Positions 1 through 8,048 of a stretch of 34,453 nucleotides of DNA are shown in pieces. Every line of letters starts with the position of its first letter. The stretch's first letter is position 1. The notes beneath the pieces are model-generated. The model had not been told where the DNA came from, searched no databases, and saw nothing but the letters and a program-made list of their open reading frames with translations. The stretch is from Elusimicrobiota bacterium (GTDB lineage Bacteria > CAYTYR01 > UBA6262), in NCBI GenBank assembly GCA_016218565.1, contig JACRDM010000013.1, forward strand, positions 1 to 34,453. The letters run 5' to 3'. The translations under genes and the position numbers were made by a program.

Positions 1-81
1 ACCATAAGCCCCATTTCAAAAAACAGCAATAGCTATATGGTTTTGTACTAAAGAACTGCTGGCAAAGTCGCCCAACCGACC

Positions 82-109
82 CTCAACCGCGTAGGTTGAG
101 AATTGGTTA
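82..109. repeat. REP-like hairpin, copy 1 of a 28-bp direct repeat flanking the RAYT gene
   Basis: CTCAACC-GCGTA-GGTTGAG-AATTGGTTA, a 7-bp perfect stem. Identical to 799..826 and includes the RAYT stop codon (107..109). Confidence 0.9.
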
Positions 110-772
110 ATCTACGAGTAAATGCTTAATATTGGCCAGTTCCCGTTGATATTCTATACGGTCCATAGTGAATTCCTGGTAGGTGTCATGCTTTATGTCA
201 ATTAAATCCTTAAATTCGCAAATATATTTATGGCCAGCGGAACCTATATACTCATGATAAGATGAATGTCCCCAATCTTTTGGATCATCAACAATATGAG
301 CGGTTACCGGGTTTAGATGAATATATCTGGTCAAATGCAATAGCTGGATATCATCTTCAACTAATACATTCTTGAATCTACTTTCCCAGAGCGGTCCTTT
401 ACGACCATGTTTCAAGTTAAAATACCGGGTATAGCTATTCAACAGATTATTCATAAAATTCGAAATGCCTTTCTCCTTTTTCTGTTCCAGCATAAAGTGG
501 ATATGCGTTGGCATTAAGCAATACGCTATTATATTTACCGGCTCTTCACCCTTTGACGCTTCTACGACTATATTTTGCTTTCCTTTTGAACCTTCATTAA
601 ACCTGGCAAAGCTAATGAGCGGTTTTCCCTTTTGATAGAATTTTATACTATCAATCATCCTATCATATTCTTCTTGATGGTTAAAGATCACATATCCGGC
701 AATGCTTTTAGTGAACACATGATAAATACTTCCCTCTGCTAGCTTAATTTTCCTCATCTCTTCTGTTTTCAT
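107..772 (-). CDS. REP-associated tyrosine transposase (RAYT/TnpA-REP, Y1 HUH family)
   Basis: Motifs YHVFTKS, AYCLMPTHIHF (HUH), YFNLKHGRKGPLWESRF, RYIHLNPV (catalytic Tyr) and WGHSSY. Confidence 0.93.
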   Translation of the reverse strand: MKTEEMRKIKLAEGSIYHVFTKSIAGYVIFNHQEEYDRMIDSIKFYQKGKPLISFARFNEGSKGKQNIVVEASKGEEPVNIIAYCLMPTHIHFMLEQKKEKGISNFMNNLLNSYTRYFNLKHGRKGPLWESRFKNVLVEDDIQLLHLTRYIHLNPVTAHIVDDPKDWGHSSYHEYIGSAGHKYICEFKDLIDIKHDTYQEFTMDRIEYQRELANIKHLLVD

Positions 773-798
773 CCTTCCAATATATTTAAACCGCCAAT

Positions 799-826
799 CT
801 CAACCGCGTAGGTTGAGAATTGGTTA
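799..826. repeat. REP-like hairpin, copy 2 of the 28-bp direct repeat
   Basis: Exact match to 82..109. The stem here extends as CCAAT...ATTGG with a one-base bulge. Confidence 0.9.
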
Positions 827-881
827 TTTTGCGGGCCGTTACAGATCAGTAATGAGAAAATTAAAACCTGCGGCGCTGGAT

Positions 882-1586
882 TTACAGCATACCCTTATAA
901 CCAGCCTGATTCTTGAGAGGATAAGCTTTTCCAATTAGCTTTATTCTATTGAACACTTCCCTAAAATCTTTGGTCCGGCAGGTATAATCCGCTATCTCTG
1001 TTAAGCCACTATCTAAAGCATTAAACGCAATGGCATAGCCAGCTGCTTTCGCTGCCGGAATATCGGTAGCTGAATCTCCGACAAATATTGCTTCCCTGGG
1101 TTTTATCCCCGCCTGTTTCAGCAACCTTTTGAATATTTTCCCTTTTTCGCCATGGGCAATATCTATTTTCACCCGGCCGGTTAACCGGCCATTACGCACC
1201 TCTAGTTTATTGCAGATACAATAATCTATCGCTAAATCATTTTTAACCTTAAAAGCTAATAAATCCAACCCGGTTGAGATAATAGCCAGCTTGAAGCCAA
1301 GTTTTTTTAATTTCCTGAGTGTACTTTTTACATTTTTACTGTACGGGATAGCATGCAGATGGCTGGTAATTTCGGCTGCCGACAGACCTTTCCAGCGCTG
1401 AGCATCTAATACACAAAATTTTCTGTAACTTATCTTACCTTTGAGGAATTGTTCCTGGTAGTGGCAAGCGTCCTCATTCCACATTCCCAGCTTCTCATGA
1501 ATTAATTGCCAGGAACTCACGTGTTGGGTCAGGGTACCGTCCATATCAAACACCACTATCTTGTATCTCTTGACTTTTCCTTTCAA
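882..1586 (-). CDS. HAD-IB family phosphatase, phosphoserine phosphatase-like
   Basis: HAD motifs FDMDGT, ISTG, K and GDSATD. Start moved from 1655 to the in-frame TTG at 1586, which lies 7 nt after GGGGAG. Confidence 0.82.
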   Translation of the reverse strand: MKGKVKRYKIVVFDMDGTLTQHVSSWQLIHEKLGMWNEDACHYQEQFLKGKISYRKFCVLDAQRWKGLSAAEITSHLHAIPYSKNVKSTLRKLKKLGFKLAIISTGLDLLAFKVKNDLAIDYCICNKLEVRNGRLTGRVKIDIAHGEKGKIFKRLLKQAGIKPREAIFVGDSATDIPAAKAAGYAIAFNALDSGLTEIADYTCRTKDFREVFNRIKLIGKAYPLKNQAGYKGML

Positions 1587-2643
1587 CGCTTGACTCCCCG
1601 CTGTCTTGTGAACGCTGTCCACTGTTATTTGCCGCCAACTGGCCGCAGGCTGCAAAAATATCTGCGCCCCGTGATTTCCTGATCGTGACCGGCACTTTTC
1701 TACTCTTAAGCCACGCGGCGAACTGCTCCCTGCCGGCTTTTTTTACTGGCTGGTATGGTAATTCCGGCACTGGATTAAACGGTAGTAAGTTTACTTTGCC
1801 TTTCAAGCCATGCGTTATGGCCGCCAGCCGCTGGGCATCGATCAGGGTATCGTTAACACCTTTAAGTAAAATATATTCTAAAGTGATGATCCGGCCGGTA
1901 TGCTGGAAATAATCAGAGCAGGTTTTCAAGACTTCTTTCAGCGGATACTTTTTATTGATCGGCATGATCCTGGCGCGTTGTTTATCAATCGTGGCATGTA
2001 ATGACAGGGAGAGATTCGTCTGCAGGTCAAAATCAATAAGTTTCTTGATGCCGGGTAAATACCCGGCCGTGGAAATGGTAATTCTGCGCGCCGCTATTTC
2101 CGGGCCTTCCTCGCTATTGATGATCCTGATCGCTTTCGTGACATTCTCATAATTCTCCAGCGGTTCCCCCATACCCATAAAGACAATATTAGTTATTTTG
2201 GCTGGTGCTTGTCGTTGCACATACAGGAGTTGATCTATGATCTCCGCAACTGTGAGATTGCGCACATAACTTTTCAGTCCGCTGGCGCACATGCCACAAG
2301 AAAATTTACAGCCCACCTGGGTGGAGACACAAAGCGTCTTCCGCACACCGGCAGGAATAAAGACAGATTCTACCTGATTTCCATCGGCTAATTTGAGAAG
2401 ATACTTACGGGAGCCATCCTGGGAAATAAATTCCCGAGCGTTGGAAAAAGAATTGAGCTTATAATTCCCGGTCAAAACCTGCAATAAAGCTTTGGGCAGG
2501 TTGTCCATCTCCGCAAATTCTCGCCCGCCTTTTTTGTAAATCCAGTGAAATACCTGGCCGGCGCGATACCCTGGCCAACCCAATCTTTTAAAATCCTCTT
2601 TTAATTCCGGCAAAGTATAGTCTTTTATTAACCGCAAATTCAC
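1546..2643 (-). CDS. rlmN: 23S rRNA m2A2503 / tRNA methyltransferase RlmN (radical SAM)
   Basis: CVSTQVGCKFSCGMC (CxxxCxxC), VFMGMGEPL, SLHA and ACGQL. Confidence 0.96.
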   Translation of the reverse strand: MNLRLIKDYTLPELKEDFKRLGWPGYRAGQVFHWIYKKGGREFAEMDNLPKALLQVLTGNYKLNSFSNAREFISQDGSRKYLLKLADGNQVESVFIPAGVRKTLCVSTQVGCKFSCGMCASGLKSYVRNLTVAEIIDQLLYVQRQAPAKITNIVFMGMGEPLENYENVTKAIRIINSEEGPEIAARRITISTAGYLPGIKKLIDFDLQTNLSLSLHATIDKQRARIMPINKKYPLKEVLKTCSDYFQHTGRIITLEYILLKGVNDTLIDAQRLAAITHGLKGKVNLLPFNPVPELPYQPVKKAGREQFAAWLKSRKVPVTIRKSRGADIFAACGQLAANNSGQRSQDSGESSVERKSQEIQDSGV

Positions 2644-2662
2644 TCCCCGGCCCGTATATTCT

Positions 2663-2696
2663 CTCTAGCCCTCTACCACTTACCACTCTAGCACTG
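2663..2696. repeat. CTCTACCA/CTTACCA short tandem array
   Basis: ctctagcc-ctctacca-cttacca-ctctagca-ctg, directly after the rubrerythrin stop codon. Confidence 0.8.
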
Positions 2697-2697
2697 T

Positions 2698-3276
2698 CTA
2701 ATAATTCTCCGCCAGCACCTCATAGTACGCCTGCGGATGCTTGCAAGCCGGGCATTCCTTGGGCGCTTCATTCCCTTTAAATACATAGCCGCAGTTGAGG
2801 CAGTGCCATTTCACGGCTGCTTTCTTTCTAAATACTTCCCCGTTAGCCAAATTATTAATCAAAGCCCTGTACCTGGCTTCGTGAAATTTCTCTACTTTGG
2901 ATATTTGCTCAAAAGCTCGGGTCACTTCTGTAAACCCTTCATCCTTGGCAGCCTTAGCAAAATCCTGATAAATGCTTGTCCATTCCGCATTTTCACCAGC
3001 CGCCGCTGCCGCCAAATTACTCTTCGTATCTTTTATCATGCCAGCCGGATATTTAGCTGTAATTTCCGTATCGCCGCCGGCCAGGAATTTAAAGAATATT
3101 TTAGCATGTTCTTTTTCATTCTCCGCAGTTTCTATAAAAAAATTGGCAATTTGTTCGTAACCTTCTTGGCGCGCGGCGCTGGCAAAATAGGCATACCTGT
3201 TCCTGGCTTGTGATTCACCGGCAAACGCCGCTAACAAGTTCTTCTCTGTCTTAGTACCTTTCAATGAGTTGCCCAT
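2698..3276 (-). CDS. rbr: Rubrerythrin
   Basis: [16 protein letters not shown] and EKFH di-iron ligands, C-terminal CLNC...CPAC rubredoxin-like site. Confidence 0.96.
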   Translation of the reverse strand: MGNSLKGTKTEKNLLAAFAGESQARNRYAYFASAARQEGYEQIANFFIETAENEKEHAKIFFKFLAGGDTEITAKYPAGMIKDTKSNLAAAAAGENAEWTSIYQDFAKAAKDEGFTEVTRAFEQISKVEKFHEARYRALINNLANGEVFRKKAAVKWHCLNCGYVFKGNEAPKECPACKHPQAYYEVLAENY

Positions 3277-3342
3277 ATTTATTCTCCTTTTACTGTTATG
3301 GTCTTTATTTAAGACTATATTAGTCCTACAAGTATAGAAATT

Positions 3343-3981
3343 TCACACAATTACCATACTATTAATCAGAGCTTTTAGGTATTGGCTGATCCGCCGGTTG
3401 ATACTCGGAAATTCTCTATTAGCCAGCCAATCGGCACGAAAAACGCTGGAACCAAAGGTAACCGCACTGGCGCCATTGAATACATAGATTTTCAGATTTG
3501 CGGGGGAAACACCGCCGCAAGCCATCAGCTCGATGTTATTGAAAGGGCCCTTAAGCTCTTTGAAATATTCCGGCCCAAAGGTTTTGGCCGGGAAAACCTT
3601 GACCATGGTCGCGCCTGCCTGCCAGGCCTTAAAAATTTCCTGCGGGGTCAAAGCGCCGGGAAACACCGGGATCTTATTAGTGACACAATATTTTACCACC
3701 TCCGGCACCAGCGTCGGCAGCACTATGAAAGTAGCCCCGGCCTTAAGAGCAGAGTGCAGGCTTTCCAGATCAAGTACCGTGCCGGCGCCAATAGTTAAGC
3801 GCCCGGCAGCTTTTTTAACGGCCTGACGGATCAACTGCTCTGCTCCGTCTGTATTCATAGTGATTTCAATGGTCTGCAAACCGGCATCAATCACGGTTTC
3901 CAGCAATGGATTGATCACCTCAAAGTTCACGCCGCGCATAATACCGATGATCGGCTGTTGTTTGAATTTGGCTAAGTTCAT
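3343..3981 (-). CDS. eda: KDPG/KHG aldolase family protein
   Basis: IEIT, IGAGTV, PGALTPQEI, VKVFPA (Schiff-base Lys), ELKGPF and CGGV. Confidence 0.9.
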   Translation of the reverse strand: MNLAKFKQQPIIGIMRGVNFEVINPLLETVIDAGLQTIEITMNTDGAEQLIRQAVKKAAGRLTIGAGTVLDLESLHSALKAGATFIVLPTLVPEVVKYCVTNKIPVFPGALTPQEIFKAWQAGATMVKVFPAKTFGPEYFKELKGPFNNIELMACGGVSPANLKIYVFNGASAVTFGSSVFRADWLANREFPSINRRISQYLKALINSMVIV

Positions 3982-4932
3982 CTATTCCTCGTCTGCGCCG
4001 ACCAGGCTTTCGTAAAATTCCCGGTAGTTTTCCTTTTTATCGCCATTACGCAAGGCCATCGCCGCCCGCGGATGTTCATCCAGGATACCGGTGATCATGT
4101 AGGGAATAATATAGCCCCATTCAATTTTTTCCCGCAGGGGTACAAATTCCTTAGAGATCACATCCAGGATCGGACGAATGTCAAATTTGGGATTTTTCAG
4201 GAAGCTCATGATCAGTTCCAGCGGACAGTTGCCGGCCGCGCGGCCGAGGCCATAAATAGTCGCGTCCACATAATTGGCATCATGGATAATAGCTTCAATA
4301 GTGTTACCAAAAGCCAACTGCTGGTTGTTATGAGCATGTATGCCCACTTCTTTCGTTTTCAGGATGCTCTTAGCCTTCTTGATCAGGAATTCGGTAGTCT
4401 CCTGGTACAAAGCGCCAAAGCTATCCACAATATAAATCACTTGTGCTTTACATTCTTTTTCCAGCTGCTGCAACGCTTCAGTCAGTTCATTATCCAACGC
4501 CCGGGAAATCGCCATAATATTCACCGTCGTTTCATAACCTTTATCCGCAAAATGATTTACCAAATAAATAGCTTTATCAATGTCTTTGACATAGGAAGCC
4601 ACGCGGATCATCGCTACCGGACTGTCTTTGCGCGGCTTAATATCTTCAACATCCACCCGGTCCACATCCACCATTACGGATATTTTAGTCTTTGACTCAA
4701 TTCCATCGATGACTTTCCTGATATCATCATCTTCGCAGAATTTCCATATCCCGTAATCCTTGGCGCTAAAAAGCCTTTTGGAATTCTTATATCCTATCTC
4801 CATATAATCAACCTTAGCTTCGGAAAGGGCTTTATACACTTCACGCACGAAACGGTGATCAAAATTATGGTTATTGATCAACCCCCCATCCCTGATGGTA
4901 CAATCCAATACTTTAATTTTATCTCTGAACAT
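3982..4932 (-). CDS. DRE-TIM metallolyase / HMGL-like aldolase catalytic-domain protein
   Basis: LDCTIRDGG, VDSFG, GIHAHNN and GRAAGN. Start moved to the ATG at 4932 behind GAGGAGGAGGG. Its stop abuts the eda start. Confidence 0.88.
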   Translation of the reverse strand: MFRDKIKVLDCTIRDGGLINNHNFDHRFVREVYKALSEAKVDYMEIGYKNSKRLFSAKDYGIWKFCEDDDIRKVIDGIESKTKISVMVDVDRVDVEDIKPRKDSPVAMIRVASYVKDIDKAIYLVNHFADKGYETTVNIMAISRALDNELTEALQQLEKECKAQVIYIVDSFGALYQETTEFLIKKAKSILKTKEVGIHAHNNQQLAFGNTIEAIIHDANYVDATIYGLGRAAGNCPLELIMSFLKNPKFDIRPILDVISKEFVPLREKIEWGYIIPYMITGILDEHPRAAMALRNGDKKENYREFYESLVGADEE

Positions 4933-4974
4933 CCCTCCTCCTCGTTTATTAGTCTCGTCATTCGGTTGCGGCTT

Positions 4975-5008
4975 CGAGGCCCGATTAAAGCTTTCTTTTC
5001 GGGTTTCG
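4975..5008 (-). promoter_or_regulatory. Stem-loop in the 5' leader of the aldolase operon (candidate cis-regulatory RNA)
   Basis: mRNA strand reads CGA-AA-CCCGA-AAAG-AAAG-CTTT-AA-TCGGG-CC-TCG, with a GAGAC motif on each side. Confidence 0.4.
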
Positions 5009-5034
5009 TCTCCGTACACCGTATACCGAGTTCA

Positions 5035-5062
5035 CTTTACCCCTCTACCACTCTACCACTGT
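5035..5062. repeat. CTCTACCA short tandem array
   Basis: ctttaccc-ctctacca-ctctacca-ctgt. Confidence 0.78.
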
Positions 5063-5141
5063 ATTTAAAAACTAGATAAAAGAATATTATTGAATTAGCC
5101 TATTGTTTTATGCCATAATTAAAAAGACTTTAACCCTAAAA

Positions 5142-5176
5142 ACTAGCGACCAGTCACTAGCGACTAGTTACTAACT
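5142..5176. repeat. ACTAGCG-type heptamer array
   Basis: actagcg-accagtc-actagcg-actagtt-actaact. An inverted partner, ctagtcgct, lies at 5245..5253. Confidence 0.72.
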
Positions 5177-5206
5177 TGAAGTATAGGAATTTCAATCCTA
5201 TACTTG
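5175..5206. repeat. 32-bp dispersed palindrome, copy 1
   Basis: CTTG-AAGTATAGGA-ATTTCAA-TCCTATACTT-G (10-bp stem). Its reverse complement matches 13648..13679 at 31 of 32 positions. Confidence 0.88.
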
Positions 5207-5284
5207 ATTACACGGATTTCCAAAAGATTACACCGATTACAAGCCTAGTCGCTGATAAAAATCTCTGTAATAATCTGGGTAATC
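5206..5284. repeat. GATTACAC / GTAATC inverted short-repeat cluster
   Basis: gattacacggatt and gattacaccgattac, followed by aatctctgtaat and aatctgggtaatc. Confidence 0.7.
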
Positions 5285-5325
5285 AGTTAGCGGAACGAAG
5301 TGGAGCCTAACTTGAGGTGTTTCCC

Positions 5326-6429
5326 ATGATCACTACTAATCCTTTTACTCCGCAATCCGGCTGGGAGCCTAAAATATTCGGCGGACGCGAAGAACAAGTA
5401 CAGCATTTCCTGAAAACCATGGAAGAAGCGGTGCTGAGCCGGTCTAATCACATGGTCATTATCGGACAGTGGGGTATCGGTAAAACCAGCCTGCTTAAAC
5501 AATTTAAGAAAATTTCACAAGAACAGGGTTACTTAGCCAGTTTTTGCCCGATCAGCCAGGCAAAAGAACGTTCCTCAACTACAGCAGCCGTCAATCTTAT
5601 CATGCAGGAAATACTAAACGGATTCCCTAAATCCATCACCGAATCCAAGCCGGCCAAGCAAAAACTACAGTCGCAGGTATTGTTTACGCAATTTTTATTG
5701 GAACTTTGGCCGCAACTTAATACGAGGCTCGCGGTAGTACTGCTGGATGATGTGCAAAACATGGCCACTGTATCCACTGTTATTGACCTCCTCCGCGCGG
5801 TTTTAAGCAAGGAGGAAGTCATTAGTCGGACCAGGTTCTTATTCGTACTGGCCTCTACGACCGAGGGTTGGGAAAATTTTATCAATAAGCATGATCCTAT
5901 CGGTCGTTTTTTCCGGCGGCGCGAAATGATCAACGATTTAACCGCTGCCGAGACACAATCGGTAATTACCAACACCTTGGCCGGTACAGGTGTGTCGTTT
6001 GACCAGGAAATCATCAAAACCATATACCGCTATACGCAAGGACACCCTTATGAACTGCAATTGCTAGCCAGCCATCTTTTTGAAGCCCAATTACAGGGTA
6101 AAGTGACGATGAGTGAATGGCTGCCCGCCTTTAAAAATACCTTGCGTGAACTGGGCAAGGATTATTTCCAGAGTTTGTTCGAGCGAGCAAGCGACCGGGA
6201 AAAAGAAGTGTTGTTAGTACTGGCAGAGTCTAAAGCAGCATTGCCGCAAAGTGAGATTAGAAGGATAATGATCGTGGAAAAGCATGCTAAAAACTTCCCC
6301 GTGGCCAATATAAAAAACTTCCTGTATCGCTTGCATGACAAAGGGCTGGTCAAGCGCCTGGCCAATGGCAATTTCCAGATACTCGACCCGATTTTTGGAG
6401 AATATGTTAAAAGCAATTACGCTGATTAG
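5326..6429 (+). CDS. AAA/STAND-like P-loop ATPase with C-terminal winged helix (archaeal-ATPase/AAA_16-like)
   Basis: NPF..FGGRE N-terminus, Walker A GQWGIGKTS, Walker B VVLLDD, GHPYELQ, and an LYRLHDKGLV wHTH-like tail. ATG at 5326 follows GAGGTG. Confidence 0.85.
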   Translation: MITTNPFTPQSGWEPKIFGGREEQVQHFLKTMEEAVLSRSNHMVIIGQWGIGKTSLLKQFKKISQEQGYLASFCPISQAKERSSTTAAVNLIMQEILNGFPKSITESKPAKQKLQSQVLFTQFLLELWPQLNTRLAVVLLDDVQNMATVSTVIDLLRAVLSKEEVISRTRFLFVLASTTEGWENFINKHDPIGRFFRRREMINDLTAAETQSVITNTLAGTGVSFDQEIIKTIYRYTQGHPYELQLLASHLFEAQLQGKVTMSEWLPAFKNTLRELGKDYFQSLFERASDREKEVLLVLAESKAALPQSEIRRIMIVEKHAKNFPVANIKNFLYRLHDKGLVKRLANGNFQILDPIFGEYVKSNYAD

Positions 6430-6433
6430 AAGA

Positions 6434-6523
6434 ACAGATTTCGCGGATTAGAGCATTTATCCACCTAATCTGTATTTCGAATCCGCGCCTGTCCCCGCAG
6501 TTTTGACCCGTTTATCGGGGTCA
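6434..6523. repeat. Inverted repeats / possible bidirectional terminator between convergent genes
   Basis: acagatt/aatctgt and cgcggatt/aatccgcg pairs (6434..6487), plus a tgaccc/gggtca hairpin (6504..6523). Confidence 0.55.
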
Positions 6524-6539
6524 GCAGGGAATAATCGTT

Positions 6540-7868
6540 TCATCTCACCGCGGGATTATATTTTAAGCTGTTCGGGAGGCATGAACATTCAAAAGCAATA
6601 TTGAATTTGGCTATTTTGCCCTGGTTTTTCAGTTCGAAGAGCCGGGGCACCATTTTATCCCGCAAACTAACCGGATCTATAGTATTAATATAAATCTTGG
6701 TTCCGCCTTCAAAGCCGGCCGGAGTATTCACCCGCCACTTAATCAGGATATGCCAAGGCATGGCAAAATCAGCGTCTAACGGCTTATAATACCACTCTTC
6801 ATTGCAGGGTATACGGGAGCCCATAGCAGCATGGCAACCATGGACAATATCGCTGAAACCTTTTATTTCTTCATCGCTTAATTCCCAGATATTTGAATAC
6901 AGGCTCTTGGAATAGACCGCAATAGTAGGATACCGGTGCCCGAAATCGGCAAAAGCCACGGCATAATCGTTCTCGGCAAAGACCAGGTTCTGATAGCCGG
7001 CATAATTAGCTGCCAGTTCATTGTAAATATTGGGATTGCTCCGCACTAATTCACTTTCTTCCTCAATAGATGTCCCCCATTCATCAATCGCTACTAATTG
7101 TTTATGTAAGTGATCAAAACTGGCGCCAGCGCTGGAAAGCCAGTTTTGGAACACGCTGATATACCTTACATAGCGGTTATTCTGGTGGATCGCCTTAATA
7201 GCCTCAATCGTAAATTTAATATACAAAAAATGCTCTTCCGGGGTAAGTTCGCCGGAGGAACATAGTTGGGAATCATATTCAGCGGTATCAGTATAATGTT
7301 TATTGGCCACGACCAGCTCATGACTGCCGCCGAAAAAGGCATCAGCCATGTCTAGTTTGACTTCCCGGCTAATTTTCTGCGGATCTTTACCTAACAGGGT
7401 TATTTTCATATCAATTATTTTAAAAACATGGTCCTGGCCAGCTTGGGTGGACAGGTAGCTGTTCTTCCAGTTTACCAGCTCCAGCGGCAGGCAAAAAGCA
7501 TAGTTCTTAACCCAATAATCATAGGAGACTATTTCAAATAAATTAGGGATGCGCCGCAATAAGGGAACGGTTTTACTAAGATCCTGGGCCGCGACCTTAT
7601 ATAATATTTTATATTTATCGTTTTCTTTGATCAGCCGTGATTTTTCCGGAGGAGTATTTAAGTAATTAGCCGCGCAGAAATTGCAGTAATCCTCCAGCGT
7701 ATGCCTTTCGATCTTTTTGGCGTTTTTAGGTATTTCATTAGTAATGGGTTTGCCGGCCCGGCCAGGCACGGTCCATACTTCGGTACCGGTGAATGGGTTT
7801 AATTGTTTGATGGTGCCGTCAGGCATTTTGTCGAGGTACTTGCCGGTGATCGGCCGATTATTGGCCAT
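6540..7868 (-). CDS. DUF4921-like protein, GalT/HIT-fold nucleotidyltransferase-like
   Basis: DGTIKQLNPFTGTEVWTVPGR N-terminus, CNFC, and NW..AGASFDHLHKQ (HxHxQ as in GalT). ATG at 7868 follows GAGGAG. Confidence 0.8.
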   Translation of the reverse strand: MANNRPITGKYLDKMPDGTIKQLNPFTGTEVWTVPGRAGKPITNEIPKNAKKIERHTLEDYCNFCAANYLNTPPEKSRLIKENDKYKILYKVAAQDLSKTVPLLRRIPNLFEIVSYDYWVKNYAFCLPLELVNWKNSYLSTQAGQDHVFKIIDMKITLLGKDPQKISREVKLDMADAFFGGSHELVVANKHYTDTAEYDSQLCSSGELTPEEHFLYIKFTIEAIKAIHQNNRYVRYISVFQNWLSSAGASFDHLHKQLVAIDEWGTSIEEESELVRSNPNIYNELAANYAGYQNLVFAENDYAVAFADFGHRYPTIAVYSKSLYSNIWELSDEEIKGFSDIVHGCHAAMGSRIPCNEEWYYKPLDADFAMPWHILIKWRVNTPAGFEGGTKIYINTIDPVSLRDKMVPRLFELKNQGKIAKFNIAFECSCLPNSLKYNPAVR

Positions 7869-7940
7869 ACCTACTCCTCTGGCGTTCAAAATTGGATATA
7901 AACCCGCTCTTCTATTTTAAGAACGAGCCTTCCACAAAAA

Positions 7941-8000
7941 CCCCTCGCTTGTCCCTCTCTAGCGGATAACTCTGGCCAGAAATAAAGAGGGACTGGGTGA
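7941..8000. repeat. Imperfect GC-rich palindrome (REP-like)
   Basis: gtccctct (7951..7958) pairs with agagggac (7986..7993), flanked by cccctc and gggtga. Confidence 0.5.
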
Positions 8001-8048
8001 ACAGCTTTATTTTACTTAAAAGCAACCCATTTTTCAACTAATAATTGC

